A DNA stretch of 63,933 nucleotides, taken from assembly GCA_030264375.1 (NCBI GenBank), contig JASCQW010000061.1:53112888-53176820 (forward strand). Reading direction: 5' to 3'. Within the stretch, counting starts at the first letter, position 1. Every line of letters begins with the position of its first letter. This stretch comes from Carcharhinus longimanus (lineage: Eukaryota). A program made the translations under genes and the position numbers. A model generated the notes under the pieces. It made no database searches, had not been told where the DNA came from, and saw nothing but the letters and a program-made list of their open reading frames with translations. Shown one piece after another: positions 63,691 to 63,933 of this stretch.

Positions 63691-63933
63691 CAAAGAACGA
63701 AGAACAAAAACAGCCCGGGAAACAGGCCCTTCGGCCCAACGAGCCCGCGCTCCCTTTTTAACATTACCAGTCCCCCCCCCACCCATGACCCTTATCTGTT
63801 GTTTTATGGCATTCCACATTGAGGGAAACTAATTTAGGGACAATTTATTACCTCCAAATCAGCCTAACAGCACATCTTTGGGGTGTGGGAGGAAACCGGA
63901 GCACCCGGAGAAAACCCACGCAAGCACGGGGAG
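63691..63933 (-). mobile_element. V-SINE 3' part, truncated by the window end
   Basis: gtgggaggaaaccggagcacccggagaaaacccacgca core; tail caggcccttcggccc with a (caaagaa)-type end. Confidence 0.85.

Noticed and set aside
1-63933. CRISPR array, operon or prokaryotic defence system
   Set aside because: No regularly spaced repeat-spacer array, no gene-dense region and no intact long ORF; the sequence is vertebrate intron.

Overview
Vertebrate genomic DNA, almost certainly shark/elasmobranch (HE1-type V-SINEs, many CR1/HER1-like LINEs, Penelope-like inverted repeats, DeuSINE-like tails). It is a draft assembly with 13 N-gaps. The window lies inside the + strand of an ASXL-family Polycomb gene, best matching ASXL3. 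Two coding exons are visible: 7444-7561 (ALKQQQKRR...[10 protein letters not shown]) and 34348-34476 (...QHLKRLKR), separated by a ~26.8 kb intron. The rest is intron filled with decayed transposons: CR1, L2 and Rex1/Babar LINEs, SINEs, Penelope-like elements, two Gypsy relics (one with both LTRs, PBS, PPT and TSD), Harbinger Myb-like relics, MITEs and a probable hAT fossil. No prokaryotic-type system is present and none of the long ORF-track calls is a real gene. The most interesting observations are: (1) an intact-core minimal hammerhead ribozyme in the sense strand of the intron (29627-29665); (2) a 4.6 kb block of older DNA inside a CR1 3' UTR, flanked by an identical 30-nt duplication; (3) a Penelope-bounded, duplication-flanked cargo block inside a Gypsy element; (4) two splice-site features of the ASXL3 exons, a stop-inserting GAG-TAG tandem acceptor and an in-frame internal donor. 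All family assignments are by eye from remembered motifs and consensi; no searches were run and most TE boundaries are approximate.
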